From contig NC_068990.1 in NCBI RefSeq assembly GCF_001194135.2, positions 17,748,959-17,812,958 on the forward strand: a DNA stretch of 64,000 bases, written 5' to 3'. This stretch comes from Octopus bimaculoides (taxonomy: Eukaryota). Shown here piece after piece: positions 10,496 through 23,828 of this stretch (positions are counted from its first letter, which is position 1; every line of letters begins with the position of its first letter). The position numbers were made by a program, and so were the translations under genes. The notes beneath the pieces were generated by a model. It ran no database searches. It was given only the letters and a program-made list of their open reading frames with translations, and had not been told where the DNA came from.

Positions 10496-13175
10496 ACTTC
10501 CGTTAAATATTAATAAAAATATACATATACTCATATTTTGAGTTCTGTTTTTCCTGTTTGTCTTAATATAACTGAATATATACATATAAGTTATATCACT
10601 CATCTTTGAGTCTAGATTATATTAATCCAGTTCCTTTTAATTGCTTCACTGTTCGTTGGAAATAACCACAGATTTAAATTGAATTACGTTGATGGAAAAG
10701 AGAAACCCTGGCATTCCAGGTACCTTCATTTTAGAATTTTCTTTTTCTATAGAAAGAAGTCCTTCCTGAAACGTTAGCTTTCTTTTCACAGGCTTCCACC
10801 CTCATTTAATTGAGTCTTGCCAATTCTAACCACCATTAATTAAACTCCCTGAATTCTAATGTTACACACTCACACATACGACCTCCGGTTCTAACAGAAG
10901 GGATCACATAGAGAGCTCCTGAATGTCTACATCACATACTGGAGCTCCTGAATGTCTACGAAAATTCTAAAGCATTGTGTTTTGTCCTCTATAAAATTAC
11001 CTACAAAACGGTAATTAAGTCATTTTAATTCGTCTTAATTATCAGACTCATGAATTATCATTTACACTATACGTGTAACTGTTAGTCATTTATGTAAAAT
11101 TGATGATTTATTTGTAAATTAGATGATTAGCATGCTATCTTGTCGCTTTAGTTTTGCACTAGAGGTCGTTATTTACGTACAGATTCAACAACTTGTGTAT
11201 AAAAATGTATGAGAGAAAAATGTTACTAGAATTCGGAGAGCCCGTGCTCGTATGTGCCTAAACTTCCAGATGTACCTGTGTATATATGCTTGTCTTGTCT
11301 GTCCACCTTTTCTAACTATACACACCTCTTTGGGCTATATTTCTTTACATATAACTAGCTCTATTTTTATATCTCTCTATATATATACCCTACCTGACTG
11401 CTTCATGTGTCAAACTCTCCCCTCCTGCCTCTTATCGAATACATTATAATCTGAAATTTGTGTGATTTAAATATGTTCATTACTGTTTGTCTAGTTTGAA
11501 TAAATTCTTTAATTTTGTAATGGTTTATGTTCAGTACTTATGCACACACAAACGTTACCCTCTATTATATTATGTTTTAAAACAATTATCTGGAACGATT
11601 ATAATTCGGGTTTAAAACTCTAAATCCATTGTTATTATTACTTATCTGATTCGTACCCCAGACCTATTTTATTTTTGCTACCCCATTATTGCATATTTAA
11701 ACTCCGAAATAATTCATGACAACACGATGTTGTCTAACACCCACGTTAACGCTGATCGAGCGAATCTGTGGTTAAAGGTATTCCAGATGAAACCATCCTG
11801 TTGATTTTGAGGGGACAATGTTTCACTACCGTGACATCATCGTCCAATGTAACCTTCATCGACTGCGATTTGACTGCAATTTCTAGCATGTCGAGCGACC
11901 ACGTAGTATCTCCTCGTTGACCTGCTTTCGTTGAAATTTTTGTTTGTTTTCTGTTCAATAACTGAGAGAACCTGTCGTATTTAAATTTCGCAGGGACTAT
12001 CTTATCTTTCAAATGATCCGTAGTCGATAAAAATTACCAATCGTGTTTCCTGAAATTTTTTTTTATTCACCACAAACACGAAGAATTTATCTGCCAACGA
12101 AGGGCAACTGTATGTAGTCGCTAAACCTAAACGGAGGACACATTGGATTGTATAGTTTTAAATACACAAAGGGTGGTTAAACCCAGATTTTTTTGGTGTA
12201 AAGTGGGTAACAGATAAATGATTTCCGGGGTAGAATTTAGCTTTTTCGCTTGAATTTTCTCTGAATGTCATCGAAATACTTCAACGAAGTAAAGTCGCTA
12301 TCGATCACACCTATTGATCCAAGACACTTTATCTATAACCACTATACTTTTTTTTTTAAATATATATTTAGAACTACATTATGTAATGTGTCTTAACCTT
12401 TTTCTTGATATGGTAGGGTGTGATCTGAGGTAAATTTGGTTGCTATTTCTTCTGGGTTACCAACCCACGTAGAGGTTTCCAAGTTCACCAAGGATTAAGT
12501 AACGCATACACTTCGAGGAAATCGCCTGCATCCTCTCCCATCCTTCTACTTGTGACAATGTCAGAAATCAATGTTGCGAAACAGTGCAGTCTCTAGAATA
12601 CCAACTGGTCGATTTAGATAATTATGGCTGTGAGGGTAAAAAAGCTTGCTTTGCAACCGCGTGGTTTCGGGTTCAGTCCAAATGTGTGTCACATTGTGCA
12701 AGTGTTTCCTATAGCCTCTGGCCGACCAATGCCCTGTCAGTGATTTTGGTAGACAGAAGCTGTGTGAAAGTCCACCATGTGGATGTGTCTGTGTTTGTCC
12801 TTATTCAGCTTGACAACCAGTACTGGTTTATTTATGTCCCTGTAACTCAGCAGTTCAGCAAAAATAATCAGTAAAATAAGTATCCGCCTTTAATGATAAA
12901 AACAAAAAAAAGTGCTGGGGTTGATTTGCTCAATTAAATCCTTCAAGGCAGTCTTCCATCTTCTCTGCAGTCCAATGGGATCACATTTTACACTATCATT
13001 TTGGTGTGTTAGAAACAGCAGACAAACCACACTCTGAAGCTTTTATAATTAAAATGAAACCTGGCATATATTGGATAATATAGTCTTTGACAAATCATGT
13101 GTGAAATTGTGAAATGAGTAAATAAAAACTAGTTGTCACAGTTAGGTTAAGGTGAAACAACTGAATACATTAATA

Positions 13176-13216
<41 letters not shown>

Positions 13217-13795
13217 GTTTCAGTCATTAGAATGTGGCCATGTTGGTGCACTACCTTGAATTTTAGTCGAACAACTCAACCCTAGACTTTTTTTTTTTAA
13301 ATCTGATACTTATTCTGTCGGTGTCTTTTACCAAACTAAGTTACAGGGATGTAAACATACCAACATTAGTTAAGTAGTGATGGGACACATACATACGTAC
13401 GCATATATTTACAATGGGCTTCTTTCAGTTTCCTTCTACCAAATCCACTCACAAGGCTTTGGCTGGCCCAAAGCTATAGTAGAGGACACTTTCCAAGGTG
13501 CCATGCAGTGAGACTGAACCTGGAACCATGTGGTTGGGAAGCAAGCTTCTTATCTTACAAGGAAAGGGTCAACAGTGATTTTGGAGCTTCAACTTGCTTG
13601 TCATACTAATGAAAGCAAATCAGAAGGATCCAAAGTTACTGTCAGCCTTTTCTTTGCAAAATTTTGTTTTCTATTAAAATGTATTGAGTAATCCTTCAGT
13701 TTAAACTCAAAAAACAAACAACATCTTCATCATACGTCTGCTTTCCATGCTGGAATGGGTTTGACTGGAACTGGTAAGCGGGAGGTTTCAGTCTG

Positions 13796-13967
13796 NNNNN
13801 NNNNNNNNNNNNNNNNNNNNNNNNNNNNNNNNNNNNNNNNNNNNNNNNNNNNNNNNNNNNNNNNNNNNNNNNNNNNNNNNNNNNNNNNNNNNNNNNNNNN
13901 NNNNNNNNNNNNNNNNNNNNNNNNNNNNNNNNNNNNNNNNNNNNNNNNNNNNNNNNNNNNNNNNNNN
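13796..13967. other. Assembly gap (172 N)
   Basis: Run of N. Confidence 1.
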
Positions 13968-16272
13968 CTCTCTCTCTCCCCTCCCCTCCGTCTCTCTCAT
14001 ACACAGGCTTGGCAATTATTTCACTTTTGATGGGAAGACAATCTTTGAACTGAAATTAACATTTACAGGCCAACAAAGGAGTCTGACTTGCTAGAAACAG
14101 TAACTGAATCTTCAGGGAAATGGGGGCTAGCCTGAAGCTAAACAGCAGGCTGTGGGTGTCTCCCCATCTGCTAGAAGTAGCAGCCATATCATTAAAATCA
14201 TACCTTACAATAAAAAAAAAATTCATTGGATAATCCTGGATTTGCTTTCTGTAAAGGTAAAAATGATGTGATGGTCATGACTGTAATACCTATGATCAGA
14301 AGTATACTCAGTCAGGACTGACCTATGGCTAAACAGCTATGCCATTTAGTAATGAATATCTATTGATTCTCCTACTTGTATCAGCAGCATGTCTGTGTTC
14401 TATTTAGTGAAATACCTTCTGTTATTTGTGATGGTCATTGAGAGAGAGAGAGAGAGATCCTATCCTGACTATTAAAGTAGTAACAGAACAACTGCACATC
14501 TCATTTGTTATTTGTTTATTCTGTTATGACCAGGTTTATTGGTATATGTTTTTTTTCCTTCTGTTTTTATTTTGTCTATTGATTATGTGGCATATGCATG
14601 GATTATAGAAAGATCTAGTTAGATATGTCATGTAATGACAAATGAAACATTGTAAAGTCATGAAAATCATTAAAAAAAAATTATCCAAACATATTGTTCA
14701 TGGAATGAGACAGTTAGGCTTGGTTATTTAAATGCTGTTGATTTGGCACAGCCGTCCGTACTCTTTGGTAGCAGTACTGTTTGACATTGGAGGCAAAACT
14801 ACATGCATGCATGCATGCATGCAAAAACAGTAGTGCCACAATGGTTGTGCCAAAATCCCCCATATTTTACTGTTGACCAATCAAGGGAATCACCATGTGA
14901 TTGTCTGACTTGCAAGAATTAGCAGCTAAATCTTTCTCTAATTAAACTCTACAAAAAACATTGAGTAATGTAGTCTTAGATACACTAGAAGGTCACAGCT
15001 AGAAAACATTTCATAGGTTTGTTCAATCTTGGATGTTTTAGGGCTAAATAACTCCATGTACTATTTGGATTGTTTTGATTTCAACTCCTCTGTACTCAGA
15101 CAATGTCGAACAGTGAGCAATCTCTTTAGTGCTGTGCCACAGTAAATTACTCTCAGTACTCTCCATAAAATGGTTGATGAATGACCAGTGTTAACATAGT
15201 CAAAGAAAATCTTTAATCTTGTTAAGGACATGACTTCTAGCACTTGTGTCACAGTAATATGTACTCAGTACAAAGTGATTGGCGCTAGGAAGATATCCAA
15301 CCATAAAAACTGCACAAAAGATAAAACACTTAAGTGAGACATGGCCCACTAACTCACCTAGGAGGACAAGCAACTCTGAATAAGAATTGTCTCAGACCAT
15401 GAGGACTTGACTAACTCATTGTCATGGAAAGCAAAATGTAAAATGATGATAATCATCATCCTGTACTTTGACTCCTTGAAAAATCCTCAAAAGAACACCT
15501 AATCGAGTCATGCCAATCTTGTTTCTGTCAACCTACAAAAAGCACAATCACTACACAAACTAAGAAACCATTGTAGCCCTCCCAAACATGAACAGCATGT
15601 CACTAAAACCCTTAAATTCACTTGGTGCGATGGCTGCATCACCGCTGAAGAAACATCATTAGTATTGCAAAGCTTGGTTTTCTTCTCCCGAGACAGAAAA
15701 TTCTTTCACTCCTAACAACTACTAACTCTTTACATGTTCAGTTAACAAAACAGAGTACTACTCCAACACTTGAGATGGTGCTGCTATATACCTGGACATG
15801 GTCCACTATATTCAAAGAAAGGTAGATGACTGTGATGCTGTTGTTGATATGAACACACAACATGCTCCAACTTCTGCTGCCCACTCTTTCTGACTTTTCT
15901 GTTACAATTTCAGTGGCCTCATCTCAAATTGCTCTTATGATGCCCATCCAACCCAGCCAAGAACATTCTTGATTCACCTGTCACTCGCTCTCATCACACA
16001 CATTCTGTCTACCAACCTCTGCATTAACTGTTATACCCAGTCTTTCCAACCAGGCTCCCTGAAATTCCGTCTCTGCATGTTTTTTCTGCAACTGTTTCAA
16101 CTGTTCAAGATTAACATTAATGGCATTAATCTTTTTCTGTCTTGAAAGGTCATGGCTACAGTTTCTTCCCCCTTTCCAAAGCAATTAAATGAGAAAAGAA
16201 AAAAAAAAAAATATTGCTAAACAATATAATTCTGAAGTACACCTAATTATAAAATATTTAAATTTTTAACAG

Positions 16273-16397
16273 GGACATGAAGCCCAAAGTTTGGGTTAGG
16301 AATTTACTACAGATGTTTTCAAACTGATATCAGCCCTACCTCTACTCTACAAAATACTAGTGAAAAATGTTTTTGGCCTGTTTCTTTGTTTATTAAT
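16273..16397 (+). other. Exon-like segment upstream of the GOLGA1 ATG (UTR exon or cryptic gene)
   Basis: tttttaacag| ... AT|gtaaga; frame 0 reads GHEAQSLG*EFTTDVFKLISALPLLYKILVKNVFGLFLCLL, with one in-frame TAG at 16297-16299. Confidence 0.4.
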
Positions 16398-19300
16398 GTA
16401 AGATCAAAAGATTTCACATCCATATAACTCTTTCTCACCTTGGTGTTGGATGAACCTGAGGTCATCTTAACCCTTTTGATAGACCTACCCAAGACAGCCC
16501 TTGGTTCTATGATAAAAAAAACTTGCTATGTTGAAGGTCATCTCCTTAAACAAATCCCTCAAAATTTCATGTTTATTTATGCCAATTTGTTTCAAACACC
16601 AGCTTTGTAAGAATTAAATTATTTAACCAACTTTTCATTATTTTCAAAATTAATTGGCACAAAGGCAACTTTATTTAGGATTATATTATCCAATGCATTC
16701 TTTACTTTTTTAAGAGTGTATTAAGCTGTGATATAAAGAAATATTTGACTGCTATTTTCAGCAAATTTAGTGATCATGCAATGGCTTCCTTATTAGCTCT
16801 GTCTTTCATTTATTTCCATAAAGTGGTTTAACTATTAATTGTTCCATAACATCAGTATTATGATTCCATATTTGTGTGTGTGTGTGTGTGGTGGATATAA
16901 GCTCTCATGTTGTACAGGAACAGGTTGGCAACAGAAAGAGCATCCAGCTGTAATAAGTGCTTCTAATTTTGGCACAAGGCTAGCAACTTTGAAGGGGGCT
17001 TGGAAAAGGGGACAAGTTAGTTACCTCAACTCTAGTACTTTACTGGTACTTTATCAACTCCAAGAGGATGATTGGCAAAGTTGACTAGGCTGGAATTTGA
17101 ACTTGGAACATAGAGTGCCTGAAGAAATGCTGCTAAACATTTTGTCCTGTGCACTCCCAATTCTACCAGCTCACTTATCCAGCCGTAATAATAATGTCTC
17201 CAGTGAGTACTCAGCCAACCTATACATGTGCTTTATGAAGTCAGAAAACCAGCAAGGGATTTGTGGATGAGGGAGATGATAACATCAATACTTAGCACAG
17301 GAATTTTTGGAGGAGCCAAATGTAAACAAACACACACACACCCGACAGGCGTCTTTTAGTTTCCATCTACTAGGACACTTGCCTAATGTGCTACATAGTT
17401 GAACTGAATCCCAAATCACTTGGTTGGGCAGCAGACTTAATCATACAGCCATGCCTGTACTTGCTGTGTGTATATGTACACACACACAAACAATCAACAT
17501 AATCACATATAAGCTTGTGAGGTGTGTGTATGTATGTGTGTGTGTTTCCACTAACTCATACACTTTACATTTAATATATATATGAGATGATGACTGCAAT
17601 GAGTCAGTCTGAATTGTCTGTTTGCTCTTTACAAAACATTTAATTTAGTTTTGAAATCATTAAAGTAGGAGTGTGATTTTGTGGGAAATTAAAAAAAAAA
17701 AAAAAACAGATTCCAAATGAATTTTAAAAAACATTGACCACACAACTGTTCTCATTTCAGAATTCTACTATTTTGTCAAGTCCAAGATGAAACAGCCCTA
17801 AAAACCTTTTCCTGTTTTCACCTATCTGTTTCATATTTATTTCATAAAGTCACACATGTTATGGCATTTTCTATGAATCATTTATGCATTGTGATTGTCT
17901 CCCTCAGTCTGCCTCTCTCTTTCCTTGATTAGCTCTGTGAATTCATTGATCTCTTTCAACTGGATAGCTTTTGTATTTAGAAGTGTATTTATGAATCATT
18001 TATGGTCCGACCCATGCTAGCATAGAAAATGCAGATGTAAAACTGATGATAATGATTATATTTGATTATTCTCTCCCCCCCCTCTTTCTCTGATCAGCAC
18101 TATTAATTCATTGATTTTTTTTTTTTTTTTGCACATGGTAGATTTTGTACTGTTATGATGTAAAGTTAGATATAATTTATTGAACTAGCCTTGACATTGC
18201 ACTGGTATTTGTTTTATTGATCCCAACCTGTGTAGAATTTCGAAATCACCATTTTTATGGTTCAATCAAAAACGAAATTCATAACAATGGTGGGACCCTT
18301 GATATTGGGGGGAAAGGCATTGAGGTGGGGAAAATCCACATCCTGCCTGACATTGTTTGTGTGATGGACTTCTTCATTGTTTCTGTTTGTCCAGTCTCAC
18401 TTAAGTTTTGGTTGACTTCAATTTATAGCAGAAGGCGCTTATCCAATATACTGTACAGTGGGATTGAACTTGGCAGCATGTGATTACAAAACCAACTTCT
18501 TAAATAAAGCCATATCCAATGGAGTGAAACCGAGTTCAGTGTTTTCTGTTAGCAATAATTAACAAATTAATATATTTTTTAAATTTGGGTTCACTCTCAC
18601 TGCATATCACCTTGATAAAGAATCTTCAACTATATTCTTGGGTGGGGGGCAAATTCTTGTGAGTAGATTTGGTAAATGGAAACAGTAAGAAGCCTGCTTT
18701 GTATGTGTGTATTTGTGTCTCCTTGATTTAATATCACATGATAGTTTTATTTGAATCTCACCATCACACAAGCAGTGTCATTCGTTTCCAATTTTCTCCA
18801 AAAGCATACCATCCAGCTCTGGGTAAATATTACTTTGCTTGTAAACAGGTAGTAGTTGGTGACAGGGAGAGCATCTGGCTATACATACAGAAAATCTGCC
18901 TTCACAGATTTCATCTGACCCATGCAAGTATGAAAAAAATGGATGTAACAGCGATATTGACAATGAAAAATAGTTTTATTACTAGTTATAATTTTATTAA
19001 GAAATTGTTTTTGTTTTAAATGAAGACTTCCACAATTCCAGAACAGTCTACTTCATTTTCTATTTTTCTGTTTCACTAGCATCTATCAGAAGTTCTTTTG
19101 ACATAAATGATCCTCGATCTATATTTCTGAATCAGCATTACTATCATCATAAAAATCAGAAGGGTATTCTGGCCCTTAATTCAAAGGTCTAACATTGTCA
19201 CATGTGTCACATTGATTTCCTGTTACAATTCACATTAAGGTCATGCACACATACACCTCTTAGAGATACACAGCCATTTCACACAGTGATTCATAGAATA

Positions 19301-19412
19301 GGTCATTCAGCTGATCGAAACAAACTGAATATTCTTCATCAAAATCAATAGAAGAGATCCATTCTTCAAAATGAATTTTGTTTAACTGATTTCATATTGA
19401 TTGCTTCTTTAG

Positions 19413-19499
19413 TAAACGGCGTCCTCGCTATTTCCTGCCGCATATTTTATCAGTCATTACTGCAGCATTGTTTTCTTATCTCACAGCATTACATGATGA
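19413..19499 (+). other. Exon-like segment, possibly coding
   Basis: cttctttag| ... GA|gtgagt; 87 bp, open as KRRPRYFLPHILSVITAALFSYLTALHD(E). It retains CpGs in Arg/Pro codons within a CpG-poor region and is phase-compatible with 16273-16397. Confidence 0.5.
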
Positions 19500-21427
19500 G
19501 TGAGTAGTGTATTTCAGACATTCATTTTCATCCCTGCCCCCACACCTCCACCACCACTATTATTACCATGAATGGTGATCTCAATGTGTATTTAAAAAAA
19601 AAAAAAGAAAACCCCCCAAAAAACCTCAAGGATACTTATCTGCAACAAACAGTGTACACATGTTGTTATGTGTGGCAATGAGACGTTTGTACTTATTAGG
19701 TAAGATTAGGTTTATTGTGGCTGGTTGGGGAAGTTATGACTCAGCCTTGAAAACTATGGCAGATGCACGGGAAGGAATGGAAATAGCAGAGTATTAATGT
19801 GTTGTAGGTGTTGGTATGGTTAAGAAGTTTGCTTCCCAACCATGTGGTTTTGGGTTCAGTCTTACTGAATGGCATCTTGGGCATTACTGTAGCCCTGGGT
19901 CAACCAAAGGCTTGTGAGTGGATTTGGTAGACAGATACTGAAAGAAACCTGCTGTGTGTGTGTGTGTGTGTGTATACACAGGCACACATGAACTATGTAT
20001 AAATGTGTGTTTGTGTCTCCTTGTCTTGACATTGTGTGACAGTTGTAAGCAAGTATCACTGTTACACAAGCAGTGTCATCCATTTCCAATCTTTTGTGAA
20101 GACCTGTCTGGCCATGAGGAAATATTCCCTTGCTTAGAAACAGGATGTCCAGCTGGAAAAAATCTACTTCAACTTTGGCCAACCTGTGCAAGCATGGAAA
20201 AGTGAACATTAAAACAATGATGACCATGTTTGTTCTTAACTGTGTACATTTTGAGTTAAAATCTCATCAGGTTCATCTTTGCCTTCTATTACTTCTTAAA
20301 AACAGAATTAATATTCGTAATATATTGGGAGTAAGAAGTAAATTGATTAAGCCTTAAGAATACATTAGAATATCTTTTATCTTGTTTCAGTCATTAGACT
20401 GCAGCCATGCTGGGGAGAATTTTTAGTCAAATGAATTCAATCCAGTACTTGTTTTTAAGCCTGTTTTTTTTTTCTATCAGTGTTTTTTTGCCAAACTAAG
20501 TTCTGTGGATATAAACACACCAGCATCAGTTGTCAAGCAGTGGTGGCAGACACACACACTCACACAGATATATATACATGATTGACTTCTTTCAGTTTCA
20601 TCCCCTTATTTTTACTATTTAGTTTAGTATAAACAGCAACCTTGTTCAGTCAGTTCTTATATCTCCATTACATGAGTAAATAATCTACTGATATTACAGA
20701 ATAATAATGTCTATTTATTGCAGTTTCAACTCACAAGGTTGACCCAGTGTCTTAACTGTTCTCTTATTGCACCAATTCCCCTAAGTGTGAGTGAAGCTCT
20801 TACTTGTTTTGTGTAATCGTCTTCAACCAATTAATGTTACACCACTTGTGTACTGACAAGAGCAGCAAGTGTCTAAATAACAAAATAAATAAAATTTCTT
20901 GAACATTTCAAATATATTGCATTTGGAAACAAAATATTTAACAGGAGGTAAATATAGGTATAATAAAAGCAACCCAAAACAGGGACACAAAAATGTTACC
21001 CTGCAAAGAAAGTAAATTTTTTTTCAGTCTTGTTTAATCAGGAGAAGAGGCAGTATCCATGATGTGTTGCAGGACCTCTAAAGGGGAAGAGATAGAAAGA
21101 TTTCCTTAAACTAGAAACTTGTCCTGAATGCTTGCAACAGTTAGGACTCTTCTAAAGGTGTCCAAGGCTTGATAAACTCAGAAACAAAAAGCAACATGAG
21201 ATGTTCTTAACTACCTGAAACTCTGATCACTACACTCTTTAGCTTTATTACCTCCTGCACCAATACAGGTGTTAGGTCTTTGTATTGTTGGTGAAAGTTT
21301 ACTCTTTTGCTTACACATGGACAAGGCCTCTAGTTCATTCTCTTTATTTTTCTTTTGCAGACCTTGGGGGTTATCCCTGACCCCTCATCATCTTTATCTG
21401 TCTTTCTCACCCACCCTATACAACATA

Positions 21428-23054
21428 TTTTTTTAATTACCACCAGCCTAATCATTTGAACTTCTTATAAAACGAACCATCAAGAGCCCACTGTGGTCAT
21501 TTGAATTGTTAAAAATAGAAGCTAAATTCTCCCACAAATACTGGAAGAAACACATCAGTTGATGTCCCCAGATACCTTATGCCTGAATAAGGGATGGGAT
21601 GGTCATGCTTGACACGCTTTTGATCATAGGCCAGCTTATTCTGAATTGACCTGGGGATAAACAATTCTGTTTTGTGGTGGTGATGTACAGCTGCCATTTT
21701 TGTGGCTCTCACTTTGTATTAACTTTATACTATATATAATAATGTGAGTTAGTCATGTGTTTCCTCTACAGCAAAATACTTGTTCCTGTCCCTCTGTCAT
21801 TCTTTAGCTTCTCAAATCCTGTCATAAAGCCACTTCCCTCTCTACTACATTCTCACTCAGTCAAAGGAGTGTTTCTAGTTTTCGTTTTTTTTTTGTCTTG
21901 TCAGTTATTTGCCACATCATTCCAGCCTCTACTATGAGTAATGCATTTATACACTTTTGTAAAGTGGTTGACATTAGGAAGGTTTCTCCAGCCATAGAAA
22001 CTGTACCAAAGCAGACATTGGAGTTCAAAACTCAGTGGATTTTATTGAACCATCCAACCCATACCAATATGGAAGACTGATGTTAAATGATGATGACGAT
22101 GATGAAGGCTGGGAATTGGTTTCATCAGTCTGGGAAGTCCTGCAAGGGTCATGAATGACTTATTACAAAAGCAACTACTTGTAATATTAAAGTAAAATCT
22201 TTGAACTATTATTGTTGTTGTAGATGATGATGCATTGCTAATATTTAGCTTGTAGGAAAGTTTATAAAAGAGTTTGATTGCCACAAGGAGTGAAGACTCT
22301 AACATCACAGAGTTACTCACTCCAGAGAGAAATCCAGTTTAACTTCAATGTATTCAGGTGTAGACATGGTTGTATGATTAAATAGTTTGTTTCCTAACTG
22401 TATGGTTTCAAGTTCAGTCCTACTACATAGCTCCTTGGGCTGACCAAATTCTAAGTGGATTTGGAAGACAGAAACTGAAAGAAGCCCATCATATATGTGT
22501 ACTTGTGTGTCTTTGTTTTGACATGACATGATAGTTGTAAATGATTGTCACTGTCACACAAGCAGTGTCCTTCATTTCCAATCATCTTGCCATGGGGAAA
22601 ATATTGAAATATTACCTTTCTTGGAAACTGGTGAGAGTTGGTGACCTGAAGAATTCTTGCTATAGAAAATCTTCCTCAGCAAATTCTGTCTGACCCATGT
22701 GAGCATGGAGAAGTGGGCATTAAATGACGGTAATATATTTAATTGTTTTTTAATTATCACCAACCTTATCATCTGAATTTAGCATTTCCTGAACTTATAA
22801 AACAAACCATCAAGAGCCCTCTGTGGTCATTTGAATTGTTAAAAATAGAAGCTAAATTCCTCACAAATACTGGAAGAAACACATCAGTTGATGTCCCCAG
22901 TTACCTTATGCCTGAATAAGCGATGAGATGGTCATGCTTGGCACACTTTTGATCATAGGCCATCTTATTCTGAATTGACTTGGGGATAAACAATTCTGTT
23001 TTGTGGTGGTGATGTACACCTGCCATTTTTGTGGCTCTCACTTTGTATTAACTT
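21428..23054 (+). repeat. Pair of about 300-bp direct repeats (21428-21726 and 22746-23054)
   Basis: About a dozen differences in the 262-bp core by eye; the core is a minus-strand copy of a dispersed repeat family plus shared flank. Confidence 0.9.
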
Positions 23055-23757
23055 TTTGTTGTTGTTTAACCTATCTTTATTGAAGAGATCTATGGCCAAA
23101 GCTCTATTCCAGCCATGGCCATCCTGTCCATTTTCCTTTGTGCAAGGGATCCAGGATCACATTATCTATTCATGTCCTCTTCTAAAACAGTGGGATACAA
23201 TATGGGAAGTGTGTGTGTGGCAGATGTGGCTGCTGTTTCTTGCAGGTCAAGTGACTGCATAGAGGTTACCCCCTCAGTTGGCTTAGTTACTTGTGGTCAG
23301 ACGAATATTAGTTGAGAATATGATACAAAAACTGTTAATAATAATAATAAGGAAAAGAAAATGATAGGCAGATGTTTATGCAACAGAAGTGAAATAATTG
23401 ATTCCATCAGTTACGAGACCACCTGCGCAACACACTCACACATTCATATACATACATATATACATACATGCATGCTCTTAACAGATTGTGTTCAAATTCC
23501 TTGCAGACATCGAATTTTGTTTCTGGGTAGAATACTTCATTCTTAATATAAGTCAATAAGCAAAAGTCGAAGTCCCAATCAACTTGGGCTTCATACTATT
23601 TTTAATTTATATGTTTATCTTGGTTCAAGTTCATCTGGGAATGTTGCCTGCAAACAGACTGGCGTCCTTTTTATATTTTATCAAATCATTCGCAAAAGCA
23701 AATATTCAAAATTTTGTTTGGCATGCAAATTGCATTACTATTGATTATTCTTCAAGC

Positions 23758-23793
<36 letters not shown>

Positions 23794-23795
23794 TG

Positions 23796-23828
<33 letters not shown>

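Noticed and set aside
11746-12012. 88-aa minus-strand ORF with a protein-like look (and a Tudor-like FIDYG string in another frame)
   Set aside because: It is the antisense of a dispersed repeat family whose CpGs are preserved here. There is no usable start or splice context, and the neighbouring frames have stops.
13696-14030. ORFs containing X runs
   Set aside because: Artefacts of translating across the N gap.
15640-15960. Faint resemblance to a LINE apurinic-type endonuclease (WFSS...DGAAIY)
   Set aside because: Too degenerate to support without a profile search.
17300-17312. AATTTTTGGAG Sm-site-like string
   Set aside because: No flanking snRNA sequence or structure.
23630-23757. Hydrophobic open frames (e.g. 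WRPFYILSN...QIALLLIILQ) that might extend the cryptic membrane protein
   Set aside because: No clean acceptor/donor pair, and fitting it to a transporter needs ad hoc frameshifts.
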